The notes below the pieces were generated by a model. It had not been told where the DNA came from, searched no databases, and saw only the letters and a list, made by a program, of their open reading frames with translations. A stretch of DNA of 64,000 nucleotides. It comes from Anaerolineae bacterium (GTDB lineage Bacteria > Chloroflexota > Anaerolineae > UBA1429). A program made the position numbers and the translations under genes. The DNA lies in NCBI GenBank assembly GCA_040772225.1, contig JAXGYO010000004.1, positions 12,233-76,232 of the forward strand, given 5' to 3'. This document shows, in pieces, positions 39,541 to 49,910 of this stretch; positions within the stretch are counted from its first letter, which is position 1, and the number at the start of each line of letters is the position of its first letter.

Positions 39541-40953
39541 ATGCTTCAGAAACTGCGCCTCGCGCTCGCCGTAACGGTCGTGGTAGCGGCTATGCTGGCT
39601 GCCGGATGTAGTGCAGCCGCGCCCGCCACGGCGGCTGAGCCGGCCGCCCCGATCCAGGTGACCATCGCACGGGGAGACGTGGCCTACACGACGACAGCCA
39701 GTGGCACACTTACCGCAGATACCACGAACCTCGCCTTTGAGATAAGCGGCCCCGTCGCCAGCGTGCTCGTAAAAGAGGGCAGCGCTGTCGCCGCGGGCGA
39801 TCCGATCGCCACGCTCGACCAGAAGCAACTGGAAGATGCCATCTTGAGCGCCGAGCTGACCCTGGAAACGGCCAGGGTTCAGTTGGAGCAGGCCAACGAG
39901 CCGGCGAGCGCGGCAGATATCGCCTCCGCACGTGCCAGCCTCGCGCAGGCGCAAGTCGCGCTGTCCGCGCTGTTTGAGGATCCGACGGACGCCGACCGCC
40001 AGGACGCACAGCTCAGGGTAGACCAAGCCAGAAACAGCCTGTGGGCGCAGCAGGCCCAACGCGATGCCACCGCCGGCAATCCGAACGCTTCGGGTGCATC
40101 CGTCGACGCGGCTCAGGCCGCTGTGCTCAATGCTGAAGTAGCCGTGCAACAGGCGCTGCTGGCGCAGAGCCGTCTGGACGAGCCCCCCACCGAGAGCGCC
40201 ATCGCGGCAGCCAAGGCTCAAGTGGCCTCTGCCCAGGCCAATCTCGACCGACTGCTGGAACAACCTGACGCGTTGGCCATCTCCGGCGCAGAGATCGGTG
40301 TCAGACAGGCCGAGCTCGCCCTCACACAGGCCCAGGATCGCGTCGCCGACGCTACACTGCGCGCACCGTTTGACGGTGTGCTGACGTCCGTCTCAGTCGT
40401 AGTAGGGGAATACGCCGTAGCGAACCAGCCGGTTGCTGTGCTCGCGCGGCCAGACTCTACGTACGTCAACGCCATGATCGACGAGATCGATGTGGTCGAC
40501 TTGAGAGAGGGACAGAAGGCCACCGCAACCTTTGATGCCCTACCCGAGCGCCAGCAGGCAGCAGAGTTGACTTTTCTCTCCCCGCAGGCGCGCTCGACTT
40601 CGGGCATTCCCGCCTACGAGGCGCACATCACTCTGGCTGAGCCCGACCCTGTACTGAGGTTGGGGATGACGGCCAACGTCGAGGTGATCATCGCTGAGGC
40701 CCGGGACGCGGTCCTGGTGCCCAATCAGGCACTGATAGCGGATCGTGATACGGGACAGTACTTTGTCACGGTGACCGGCGGCCTGGGCAGCCACAAGCAA
40801 GAGGTGACGCTGGGCATCCAGGGCGAGGACTATGCGGAGGTGCTCGACGGTCTATCCGAGGGAGACACAGTCGAGCTGGTTTCCGTGGCGACGGCCACTG
40901 ACTCCGCGTCCGGCTTCCCCAGGGGGGCGGGCGGCATGGGGGCGTTTCAATGA
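39541..40953 (+). CDS. Efflux membrane fusion protein (HlyD/MacA-like lipoprotein)
   Basis: Lipobox AAGC, VLVKEGSAVAAGDPIATLD, long coiled coil, TLRAPFDG, GMTANV, LVPNQAL. Confidence 0.88.
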   Translation: MLQKLRLALAVTVVVAAMLAAGCSAAAPATAAEPAAPIQVTIARGDVAYTTTASGTLTADTTNLAFEISGPVASVLVKEGSAVAAGDPIATLDQKQLEDAILSAELTLETARVQLEQANEPASAADIASARASLAQAQVALSALFEDPTDADRQDAQLRVDQARNSLWAQQAQRDATAGNPNASGASVDAAQAAVLNAEVAVQQALLAQSRLDEPPTESAIAAAKAQVASAQANLDRLLEQPDALAISGAEIGVRQAELALTQAQDRVADATLRAPFDGVLTSVSVVVGEYAVANQPVAVLARPDSTYVNAMIDEIDVVDLREGQKATATFDALPERQQAAELTFLSPQARSTSGIPAYEAHITLAEPDPVLRLGMTANVEVIIAEARDAVLVPNQALIADRDTGQYFVTVTGGLGSHKQEVTLGIQGEDYAEVLDGLSEGDTVELVSVATATDSASGFPRGAGGMGAFQ

Positions 40954-41630
40954 TCATCGATGCCAGGCACCTGACCAAGGTCTACAAGCTGGGCCAGGTG
41001 GACGTACACGCGCTGCGCGGCGTCTCACTGCAGGTCGAGGCGGGCGAGTTCCTGACCATCATGGGACCGTCCGGCTCGGGCAAGTCAACGCTGATGAACA
41101 TGGTGGGCTGCCTGGACGTGCCCACCTCGGGCACCTATGAGCTGAACGGCGTGGACGTCAGCAGCCTCAAGCCCCGCGACTTGGCGCGAATCCGCCTGCA
41201 CGATATCGGCTTTGTGTTTCAGGGATTCAACCTTCTGCCTCGCACCAAGGCGATCCAGCAGGTAGAGCTACCTCTCTCGTATTCCGGCGTCCACCTGGGC
41301 GATCGTCGCCGCCGCGCACGCGAGGCGCTGGAACGCGTCGGATTGGGAGATCGACTGAACCATCGCCCGGATGAGCTCTCTGGAGGCCAACAGCAGCGCG
41401 TGGCTATCGCTCGGGCGCTTGTCACCAACCCGTCTATCATCCTGGCGGACGAGCCTACGGGAAACCTGGATTCCCACACCGGGGCCGAGGTCTTGAGGCT
41501 GTTCCAGGAACTCAACAGACAGGGCATCACTATGGTCTTTGTGACCCATGACGCGGAGATCGCCTCCTTCAGCCGACGCATCATGCACCTGCGGGATGGG
41601 CTGATCGAGCGCGACGAACCTGTGCACTAG
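40950..41630 (+). CDS. ABC transporter ATP-binding protein (MacB/LolD-like)
   Basis: GPSGSGKST, LSGGQQQRVAIARAL, LADEPTGNLD. Confidence 0.93.
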   Translation: MIIDARHLTKVYKLGQVDVHALRGVSLQVEAGEFLTIMGPSGSGKSTLMNMVGCLDVPTSGTYELNGVDVSSLKPRDLARIRLHDIGFVFQGFNLLPRTKAIQQVELPLSYSGVHLGDRRRRAREALERVGLGDRLNHRPDELSGGQQQRVAIARALVTNPSIILADEPTGNLDSHTGAEVLRLFQELNRQGITMVFVTHDAEIASFSRRIMHLRDGLIERDEPVH

Positions 41631-41640
41631 GGAGACTGCC

Positions 41641-42858
41641 ATGAACCTGTGGGAAGAAATCCGCACGGCGCTCGGCTCCGTGTTTCAGAACAAGCTCCGA
41701 ACTGCGTTGACGATGCTCGGCATCGTGATCGGCGTGGCCGCGGTCATCGCTCTCTCCGGCCTTGGTGAGGGCGTGACGGCCATGGTGACCAGCGAGATCG
41801 AGGGCATCGGCTCCAACATCATCATGATCTCGGCCCGTCAGAGCAGCGATTCGACCCGTCCGGCGGTCCTCACCAATGCCGATGCCGAGGCCTTGGCAAA
41901 CCCATTGAGTGCGCCTGACGTCTCGGCTGTGGCCCCACAGGTTACTTTCCCTGCAACGGTGGTTCAGGGGAGTACCACAAGCAACTTTACCGTGATCGGC
42001 ACCAATCAGTATCTCGATGACATTATGGCCATGGAGCCCGCTATGGGAGGCTTTCTCGCCGCGCATGACCTCACAGACTATGCGCGTGTTGCCGTCCTGG
42101 GGTGGGAGGCCTACAGCACACTTTTCGACGACGGCGTCTATCCCATCCAGCAGAACGTCACGATTGACGGCGTGCGATACACCATAGTGGGTGTGGCCGA
42201 GAAGCAGGGCGGCATGATGGGCACGGACAATAACATCTGGATCCCTCTGACCACTGCTCAGAACCGCCACTATACGCAAAAGACCCTCTCGGGCGAGCGC
42301 ACGCTGACCATGATCCTCGCGCAGTCGCGCTCACCGGAGCTTTCCGACGAGGCGACCCGGCAGATCACCGGCATCCTGCGCCGAGAGCACAAGCTCGGCG
42401 AGTCGGACCCTGATGACTTTACAGTCACTGCACAGGAGGACATCCTGAATCTGGCCAGCAGTATCACGGGCACCCTGACTCTCTTCTTGGGCGCCATAGC
42501 CGGAATAAGCTTGCTCGTAGGAGGTATCGGCATCATGAATATCATGCTCGTCACGGTCACAGAGCGCACGCGCGAGATCGGCATCCGCAAGGCAATCGGC
42601 GCGCCGCCATCCACGATCATGGTGCAATTCGTCATCGAGGCTCTGTTACTGACCCTGCTTGGCGGGGTGATCGGCATGCTCTTGGGTTCGTGGGGCGCCA
42701 GCGCCCTGGGCACTGTGATCGGCGTGACGGCCGAGATCACCCCACAGATTCTCTTGCTGGCCACGGGCGTATCGGCCGCCATAGGGATCCTGTTTGGCAC
42801 CTATCCCGCTGCCCGCGCTGCCCAGCTCAACCCAATCGAAGCGTTGCGCCATGAGTAG
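41641..42858 (+). CDS. ABC transporter permease (MacB/FtsX-like)
   Basis: LTMLGIVIGVAAV, GGIGIMNIMLVTVTERTREIGIRKAIGA, LNPIEALRHE. Confidence 0.93.
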   Translation: MNLWEEIRTALGSVFQNKLRTALTMLGIVIGVAAVIALSGLGEGVTAMVTSEIEGIGSNIIMISARQSSDSTRPAVLTNADAEALANPLSAPDVSAVAPQVTFPATVVQGSTTSNFTVIGTNQYLDDIMAMEPAMGGFLAAHDLTDYARVAVLGWEAYSTLFDDGVYPIQQNVTIDGVRYTIVGVAEKQGGMMGTDNNIWIPLTTAQNRHYTQKTLSGERTLTMILAQSRSPELSDEATRQITGILRREHKLGESDPDDFTVTAQEDILNLASSITGTLTLFLGAIAGISLLVGGIGIMNIMLVTVTERTREIGIRKAIGAPPSTIMVQFVIEALLLTLLGGVIGMLLGSWGASALGTVIGVTAEITPQILLLATGVSAAIGILFGTYPAARAAQLNPIEALRHE

Positions 42859-42898
42859 CCGGCGCGCGCACAAGTGATTTCGTCGCCGGCCACGGACC

Positions 42899-42926
42899 TT
42901 GCGTTTGGCCTGCGGGGCCTTATACT
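42899..42926 (+). promoter_or_regulatory. Putative promoter giving a leaderless transcript for the kinase gene
   Basis: TTGCGT-N16-TATACT with the ATG 6 nt downstream and no SD. Confidence 0.4.
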
Positions 42927-42932
42927 GTGCCC

Positions 42933-44174
42933 ATGAGCTATTCTTTCCAGGCCGTACGCGACGCGAAACGCGTGTACGTCATCGTCGGGCTGATTCGCTG
43001 CTTGCTGGTTGGTATAGCCGCAACCGGCATTGTGCTGGTTCGCCACGCAACCACCGGCGCGCCCCTCATGGCGTTCCTGGTCAGCGCCCTATTGGTAGCG
43101 TTGGCGCTCTTGCCGGTGCCCGTCCGCGCCTTGCGCGGCTGGTTGGCGTTCGTACTGGCGACCGATATGGGTCTGATGAGCCTGCGCCTGCTGCCCGACT
43201 CTAGTATCACGGCACGCGCGGCCCCCGAGTGGTTTGCCGGAGCGGCGGACGTCACGGTCGCCGAGCCCTTTCTCTTTGTGCTGGTGCCACTCCTGCTGCT
43301 CGCCTGGGCCTATGGCAAGCCAGGGGCTCTGTTCGGTACCCTCTGGGCTGCTGCGATCCAACTGGGGGGAGCGGTCCTGTGCGTAGCCAGGCTGGACGCT
43401 GCCCCAGTCATCATCGCCGATGCGCTGGGGCGCATCGTGCTTATGCTCTCTATCTCGCTCATCATCGCGGTCCTCGCGGGGAGACAGCGTGCGCAGATCG
43501 ATGAGTTGGAGCGTGCCCACCAGCGGCTGGCGACCCATGCCGCTACGCTCGAGCAATTGGCTGTCAGCCGAGAACGCAACCGTATGGCGCGCGACTTGCA
43601 TGACACGCTCGCTCATTCACTGGCTGCGCTGACCATCCACCTCCGGGCGCTGCGAACCGCGCTCGACCACGACCCGCAGGAAGCCACCGAGCTGGCCAAC
43701 GAGGCCGTCGAGATTGCCCGCGCCGGCCTGGTAGAATCTCGCCAGGCCATCCAGGCGCTGCGCTCGGACCCCCTGACCAACCTGGGGCTTGTGGGCGCCA
43801 TTCGGGGTGAACTGGAAAGCCTGCGGGCAAGACTCGGCATCCACGTCGAACTGCTCGTCTCCGGCGAGTCTATCGATCTGAGTGCCGAGCGAGAACTCAC
43901 TGCCTGGCGCATCGTCGAGGAGGCTCTCCGCAACGTCGAGCGCCACGCTATGGCTACCAGGGTCGAGGTGCGGCTGGCCTACGGGAGCGATCGCTTTGTA
44001 CTCGTTGTGGAGGATGACGGACAGGGGTTCGATGCGGCCGACGCCGGAGCCAGCCAATTCGGGCTGGCAGGCATGCGCGAGCGGGCCAGCCTCACCGATG
44101 GCGAACTGGTGATCGTGACGACGCCAGGCCATGGAACCTCGGTACGCCTCACCTATCCGGGAGGTGGCCTGTGA
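42933..44174 (+). CDS. Sensor histidine kinase (HisKA_3, NarX/DesK-like)
   Basis: ERNRMARDLHDTLAH, EALRNVERHA, DDGQGFD, FGLAGMRERA; N-terminal TM helices. Confidence 0.9.
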   Translation: MSYSFQAVRDAKRVYVIVGLIRCLLVGIAATGIVLVRHATTGAPLMAFLVSALLVALALLPVPVRALRGWLAFVLATDMGLMSLRLLPDSSITARAAPEWFAGAADVTVAEPFLFVLVPLLLLAWAYGKPGALFGTLWAAAIQLGGAVLCVARLDAAPVIIADALGRIVLMLSISLIIAVLAGRQRAQIDELERAHQRLATHAATLEQLAVSRERNRMARDLHDTLAHSLAALTIHLRALRTALDHDPQEATELANEAVEIARAGLVESRQAIQALRSDPLTNLGLVGAIRGELESLRARLGIHVELLVSGESIDLSAERELTAWRIVEEALRNVERHAMATRVEVRLAYGSDRFVLVVEDDGQGFDAADAGASQFGLAGMRERASLTDGELVIVTTPGHGTSVRLTYPGGGL

Positions 44175-44854
44175 CGGACATACGGGTGCTCGTGGTCGAT
44201 GATCAAGAGATCGTGCGCAGGGGAATCGCCGTGCTTCTCGAGTACGCAGAAGGGATCACCGTCGTGGGTCAGGCCGGCAACGGCGAACAGGCCGTCGCAC
44301 AGGCCGGGGCTCTGCAGCCCGACGTGGTTCTGATGGACCTGATAATGCCGGTGCTGGGCGGCATCCCGGCGACGCGGCGCATCCTGGCCGAGCACCCTGG
44401 AATGCGCGTCATCATCCTCACCACGTACGACGCCGACGATTTCGTGTTTGAGGGCATCAAGGCGGGCGCACAGGGCTACCTGCTAAAGGACGCCCCGGGC
44501 GAGGAGCTGGCCGATGCGATCCGCAGAGTCTACGCCGGCGAGTCACGGCTGGACGGCCGCGTAGCCAACAGCGTTCTCGGCGAGTTCCGTCGCCTGGCGA
44601 TTTCGGCCCCGTCGTACCCCTCGGCCGGGAGTTATGGCAGGCCAGACATGGTCCTCGAACCATTGAGCGATAGGGAGCAACAGGTGCTGGAACTGCTCGC
44701 TCAAGGCATGACCAATCGCGAAATAGCCGACGGCATGCATTTGGCCGAGGGCACCGTCAAGAACTATGTGAGTGCGATCATCGCCAAACTGCAGGCCAAC
44801 GATCGCACCCAGGCCGTGATCACGGCCCTCAAACGAGGTCTCGTCGACCTCTAG
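44171..44854 (+). CDS. NarL/LuxR family response regulator
   Basis: VLVVDDQ, DVVLMDL, LSDREQQVLELLAQGMTNREIA, GTVKNYVS. Confidence 0.93.
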   Translation: MTDIRVLVVDDQEIVRRGIAVLLEYAEGITVVGQAGNGEQAVAQAGALQPDVVLMDLIMPVLGGIPATRRILAEHPGMRVIILTTYDADDFVFEGIKAGAQGYLLKDAPGEELADAIRRVYAGESRLDGRVANSVLGEFRRLAISAPSYPSAGSYGRPDMVLEPLSDREQQVLELLAQGMTNREIADGMHLAEGTVKNYVSAIIAKLQANDRTQAVITALKRGLVDL

Positions 44855-45461
44855 GCAAGCGGTATTCTTCGTCGTCGCCATGTCCGCCTCGCACGGCGGC
44901 CTCCCGGCGCGCCGTTCGCAGGCCCCCTCCGCGTAACCCGCCCGATCGCAACCAGCCCCACATCCCCTCACCGGCGACCACGCCTGGCGCCCCCGCGTCA
45001 CTGCCGCCCGGAACGCCCGCCCATCACGCTGACCGCCCTGCTGACGGCGCTGCGCCGGCCCCCGGTCGGCGCGCTGATGCAGACGCGCGGCCCCTGGTCG
45101 CTGGGTGCCGTCAGCGCCCTCATCATGGCCGCGCTGATCCCGGTGGCGCTGCGGACCGTGGTCAAAAACCCGCAGGCGACGTCAGAGAAGGCGTCGGCAG
45201 CGACCTGGACCGCAAGGCAGCCCCGCCAACCCCCCTGGCGGAAACAGTCTCCTGCGGATGTGGACACCGGGCGCCTTGAGGCAGCGGCACCCAAGTGCCG
45301 GCGTGCCCGCCGGAGTGCAAGCGATGTACTCATCGCCCCGCGCCCCAATTGACCGCCCGGCTGACGTGCCCCCGGACCGCCGGCTTTAGCCGGTGGTGAC
45401 CCCACGAGGCCGTCCAGACGCTCCAACGTTCAAACCTTCAAACGTTTGAGCGTGCCGCCGC

Positions 45462-46733
45462 TCACACGACCCGCCCGTCCGCCCAGTCCATGAATTGCTC
45501 CCAGTCCCAGTCGTTCACGCCGTGGCTCCCCGCGCGCAGGTGGTAGGCCAGCGTGCTGTGCACCGGCGCGTGCACGGCAGGCATCTCACGCACGGCCAGC
45601 CCCTCGCTGCCCAGCAGGCGGTAGACCGGATCGGCGCCCAGCGCCCCCAGGAACTCGCCCCGCGGGTCGGACCAGAGATCGTCTTCAGCGCTGGCGATGT
45701 AGACGGGCCGCGGCGCGGAAAGCGCGATCAGCATGTGCTGGTCGTAAGGCAGCGCGTCCTCGTTATCGTTGTAGGCGTGGAACGCCTTGCAGAACCAGTG
45801 AGGGAAGGTCGTATTGATGCGCGCCACCGTCTCGCCGAACCGCCGGCGGGAGAGGGCCGCGCCGCCGCACCCCGACTCGTTGGGGCTGATCGCGCCCCAA
45901 CGCGCATCCAGCGCCCCCGCCCAGAGCGCGGCCTTGCCGAGGCGAGAGGTGCCGTGGGCGATGATCCGCGCCGGGTCAAGGTCTGGGTCCGTCACGAGAT
46001 AGTCCAGCATGCGGCACATCCCCCAGGCCCAGGCGGCCAGCACGCCCCACTCGTCGGGCGCCGGCACCTCGCCCGGCGCGAGATAGGCCGTGAATACGCC
46101 GTGGTTGAACACGTCCGGCCGGTCAGGCGCGATATCGCCGCAACAGGCGTTGGCCACGGCATGACCCCGCGCCAGGATGCGCTCCACGGGCATGGAGCCG
46201 GGCCAGGTGTTGCGGCTGCGCTCTGTGGCGCGGTTGTCCACGATCCCCATGTCTCCCCGGCCAAAGCGCCCCATATCGGGCGCCCAGCCGTCGAATAGCG
46301 CCACCCCCGGGTCAGCAGTGATGGACTGGTTACCGAGGTAATTGAGCCCCACCCAGGTGGCGGGCGGCCGCGAGACGCCGTTGGGGATATAGAGCAGCAG
46401 GTCGATCTTGGGAGTATCGCCGTCCGTAAGATAGATCCGCACCTCCTTGCGGGTGGCACGGCCTCCCAACGCCTGACGGTCCACGTTACGCAGTTCAAAG
46501 CGCATCCCCGCGGGCGGCTCGGGCGAGCGCCCGAACAACTGTTCCTCGCACAGGCGGAACACCTCCGGGCGGCGTTTCTGCCACCAGACGGCGGCATCGG
46601 TCACCGGCATCCCGTCGGCGCACACCAATGGGTCCGGCAGGGTATAATCGGGAACCAACGCCTCGTCGAGCAGCGTTCCCGCGGGGTAGCTGGCCTTGAT
46701 CTTCTCGAGTTCCGCGCGTCGTTCCTCGTCCAT
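45462..46733 (-). CDS. CE15 glucuronoyl esterase-like alpha/beta hydrolase
   Basis: YTLPDPL, AWAWG..RMLDYL, GTSRLGKAALWAGA, SGCGGAALSRR, DQHMLIAL.APRP, DLWSDPRGEF. Confidence 0.85.
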   Translation of the reverse strand: MDEERRAELEKIKASYPAGTLLDEALVPDYTLPDPLVCADGMPVTDAAVWWQKRRPEVFRLCEEQLFGRSPEPPAGMRFELRNVDRQALGGRATRKEVRIYLTDGDTPKIDLLLYIPNGVSRPPATWVGLNYLGNQSITADPGVALFDGWAPDMGRFGRGDMGIVDNRATERSRNTWPGSMPVERILARGHAVANACCGDIAPDRPDVFNHGVFTAYLAPGEVPAPDEWGVLAAWAWGMCRMLDYLVTDPDLDPARIIAHGTSRLGKAALWAGALDARWGAISPNESGCGGAALSRRRFGETVARINTTFPHWFCKAFHAYNDNEDALPYDQHMLIALSAPRPVYIASAEDDLWSDPRGEFLGALGADPVYRLLGSEGLAVREMPAVHAPVHSTLAYHLRAGSHGVNDWDWEQFMDWADGRVV

Positions 46734-46809
46734 AGCGTCACCTCCAGCGGTGTGGTGTGCGATGCAGTACAGCGCGAGTGTAGCGCGGAATGGAGGACGG
46801 GGCCAGTGA

Positions 46810-46866
46810 CGGATGGAGGATGGACCATGGACAATGGACGATGGACCACGGACGATGGACGATAGC
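46810..46866. repeat. 7-bp tandem repeat (GGACGAT/GGACCAT)
   Basis: Same heptamer family as 9809-9900. Confidence 0.75.
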
Positions 46867-46906
46867 CGGAGGCGACGGGACGCCCGCGGTCCGCGGAGGG
46901 GTTCCC

Positions 46907-48221
46907 TGGAGGGTCAGCCTCTGGCTGACCCACGTGAGAGGGCGGGCTGTAACGCCGCGGTCCACAGAGGGACTCCCTGGAGGGTCGGTCTCCGACCGAC
47001 CCTCGGTCAGTCAGAGACTGACCGTCCAACAAGAGGGGCGGGCTGTAACGCCGCGGTCCGTCCAACAGAGGGGCGGGCTGTAACGCCGCGGTCCTGGAGG
47101 GTCGGTCTCCGACCGACCCTCGGTCAGTCAGAGACTGACCGTCCAACAGAGGGGCGGGCTGTAACGCCGCGGTCCACAGAGCGACTCCCTGGAGGGTCGG
47201 TCTCCGGACCCTCGGTCAGTCAGAGACTGACCGTAGGGGCGGGCTGTAACGCCGCGGTCCACAGACGCCTGGAGGGTCGGTCTCCAGAGACTGACCGTCC
47301 AACAGAGGGGCGGGCTGTAACGCCGCGGTCCACAGAGGACTCCCTGGAGGGTCGGTCTCCGACCGACCCTCGGTCAGTCAGAGACTGACCGTCCAACAGG
47401 AGGGGCGGGCTGTAACGCCGCGGTCCACAGAGCGACTCCCTGGAGGGTCGGTCTCCGACCGACCCTCGGTCAGTCAGAGACTGACCGTCCGGAGGGGCGG
47501 GCTGTAACGCCGCGGTCCACAGAGCGACTCCCTGGAGGGTCGGTCTCCGACCGACCCTCGGTCAGTCAGAGACTGACCGTCCAACAAGAGGGGCGGGCTG
47601 TAACGCCGCGGTCCACAGAGGGACTCCCTGGAGGGTCGGTCTCCGACCGACCCTCCTCCGTCCAACAAGAGGGGGCGGGCTGTAACGCCGCGGTCCACGG
47701 AGCGACTCCCTGGAGGGTCGGTCTCCGACCGACCCTCGGTCAGTCAGAGACTGACCGTCCAACAAGAGGGGCGGGCTGTAACGCCGCGGTCCACAGAGGG
47801 ACTCCCTGGAGGGTCGGTCTCCGACCGACCCTCGGTCAGTCAGAGACTGACCGTCCAACCTGTAACGCCGCGGTCCACAGAGGACTCCTGGAGGGTCGGT
47901 CTCCGACCGACCCTCGGTCAGTCAGAGACTGACCGTCCAACAGGAGGGGCGGGCTGTAACGCCGCGGTCCACGGACTCCCTGGAGGGTCGGTCTCCGACC
48001 GACCCTCGGTCAGTCAGAGACTGACCGTCCAACAGGAGGGGCGGGCTGTAACGCCGCGGTCCACAGAGGGACTCCCTGGAGGGTCGGTCTCGACCGACCC
48101 TCGGTCAGTCAGAGACTGACCGTCCAACAAGAGGGGCGGGCTGTAACGCCGCGGTCCACAGAGCGACTCCCTGGAGGGTCGGTCTCCGACCGACCCTCGG
48201 TCAGTCAGAGACTGACCGTCC
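46907..48221. repeat. BIME-like tandem array, about 96-bp unit, about 15 units
   Basis: Unit GGGCGGGCTGTAACGCCGCGGTCC-ACAGAG(G/C)GACTCCCT-GGAGGGTCGGTCTCCGACCGACCC-T-CGGTCAGTCAGAGACTGACCGTCC-AACAAGAG; several units are internally deleted. Confidence 0.92.
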
Positions 48222-48229
48222 AGCAGGCG

Positions 48230-49228
48230 CTACCCCGCCGGCTTGATGTCGATCACCGGGCTGCCGTCCCAGGCGTCCAGGCCGGCGACGACCAGGGCGT
48301 ACGGCTCAACCGCCAGGATCTCCACCCGTGTGACGCCGATGGGCGAGAGCCGTCGCGGGCTGCGCAGGCTGAATACACCCGTGGGAGGATTGCGTGGATC
48401 GCCGAACCGCCGCTGCTGCAGAGGCACGATCTCGGGAGAGCGGTGGAAGTAGAACAGCACATCGACGCTGTGGCCGGCCGCCAGGCCGAGCAGCGCGTCC
48501 GCATAGGCCGGGTCGATCTCCAGCCGCGAGCGCGCGCTGCGCACCCGCGGGGGCGAATCGGGCGAAAGTTCGTTGCGCACCACACCGATCGCCGTGACGG
48601 CCAATCCCTCCGCCGGGCGCGCGGGCGCACAGGCTGCGCACAGGCGCCGTCCGTCCACGTCCGTCAGCCGCGAGGCCATCACCAGCGCGCCGCAAGCGTC
48701 GCACGCTACCGAGGGCTCCATGCGCGCGTGGGGCGGAGCCGGATAGTTTTCGAGCGTCTCAATGCGGAAAAGCGTCTCCAGCGGGCGCTCCAGGACCGCG
48801 TATCCGCGCCCCTCCCACAGCGTCGTGTAGGTCGCGCGATCCGCGGCGCTGGCGTTGCCCGCCCGAATGCGGCCGACCAGCGCCTTTTGCTCCGCGGTCA
48901 TGTCGTCGGGCTGCGGCAGGCAGGTCATTCGGATAGCCAAACCGTTCCGACGGTCGCTGTCAGAACGTCTGAGGAAGGTATACACGTTGCGGCACCGGTC
49001 CAGGTGGATCAGGTTGCCCTTGCCGTAGGTGCAGCCCAGGATGACCTGGATGGCATCCGCGGCGCAGTTGGCGGCCTCGATGATCGCGACCAACTCCTCG
49101 TCCTCGGCACGCCCGCCCAGGCGCTCGAGCACCGCTTCGGACAGGCGGATGCCGGTGGCCAGCCCGGGGCAAAAGTGACCGTGAAAGGCGATGACATCAG
49201 GAACGTTGATGACCGGATGGGTATACAC
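48230..49228 (-). CDS. FmdE family protein fused to a zinc finger and a TsaA/TrmO domain
   Basis: FHGHFCPGL, CAADAIQVILGCTYGKGNL, CDACG...LCAAC, GVFSLRSPRRLSPIG, GLDAWDGSPVIDIKP. Confidence 0.85.
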   Translation of the reverse strand: MYTHPVINVPDVIAFHGHFCPGLATGIRLSEAVLERLGGRAEDEELVAIIEAANCAADAIQVILGCTYGKGNLIHLDRCRNVYTFLRRSDSDRRNGLAIRMTCLPQPDDMTAEQKALVGRIRAGNASAADRATYTTLWEGRGYAVLERPLETLFRIETLENYPAPPHARMEPSVACDACGALVMASRLTDVDGRRLCAACAPARPAEGLAVTAIGVVRNELSPDSPPRVRSARSRLEIDPAYADALLGLAAGHSVDVLFYFHRSPEIVPLQQRRFGDPRNPPTGVFSLRSPRRLSPIGVTRVEILAVEPYALVVAGLDAWDGSPVIDIKPAG

Positions 49229-49469
49229 GCGGCTCCTTGTCCTGGTTAGCGCGGATCTGATGTAATGACCATAGCCATCAGGCCGATCCTGTCAAAGGCT
49301 GACCCACGGCCAGCTCCAGGCGCACGGCGCCTGTACAGAAGAGGTAAATCCGGGTATGCTCAAGGCAGATCCGGGCCGCCCTGCTTCCCCATCGCTCGTG
49401 AACGGCCTCCGGCCCCGCCCGCGCCGCCAGCGCGTCGTCCTGTCACCGCCGGCGAAAGAGAGGAGTCCC

Positions 49470-49735
49470 CTGGTTTAAATATCTACAAAGACTGCCGTAA
49501 TCCCGTCCTCCCGCCCTATGTGCACATCGCCGACCCGGAAGCCCATGTCATGCCCGATGGCCGCCTGTATGTCTATGGGTCCTGGGACCGGATCGACGAA
49601 ACGTATTGCAGCCGGCAGTACCGCGTGTTTTCTACGGCCAGCATGGTGGACTGGACCGACCACGGCGTCTCGTTCGATGCTCAGGATGTCCCCTGGATGA
49701 ACGACCCCGATGCGCCGCGCTATCCCCACGGCGAG
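49470..49735 (+). pseudogene. GH43 glycoside hydrolase N-terminal remnant
   Basis: NPVLPPYVHIADPEAHVMPDGRLYVYGSWD...YRVFST..MVDWTDHG, then runs into 8-bp and 7-bp repeats. Confidence 0.7.
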
Positions 49736-49910
49736 GGACTTGCTGTACGGCGTGACGGTGGCGTAGGGCGCGGCAACGTGCCAACGTGTGAACGTGCGAA
49801 CGTTGGAGCGTTGAGGCCCGACGACGGCCCATAGACCATGGACCCTTCTGTCATCTGCAATCAGAAGTCTGTAACCTGAAACCTGAAACCCCTGTTCCGC
49901 CGGAGGCTCT

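Noticed and set aside
46907-48221. CRISPR array (also considered for 56490-56800, 10013-10360 and 61695-62606)
   Set aside because: Intervening sequences are identical or too short to be spacers, and there are no cas genes in the window
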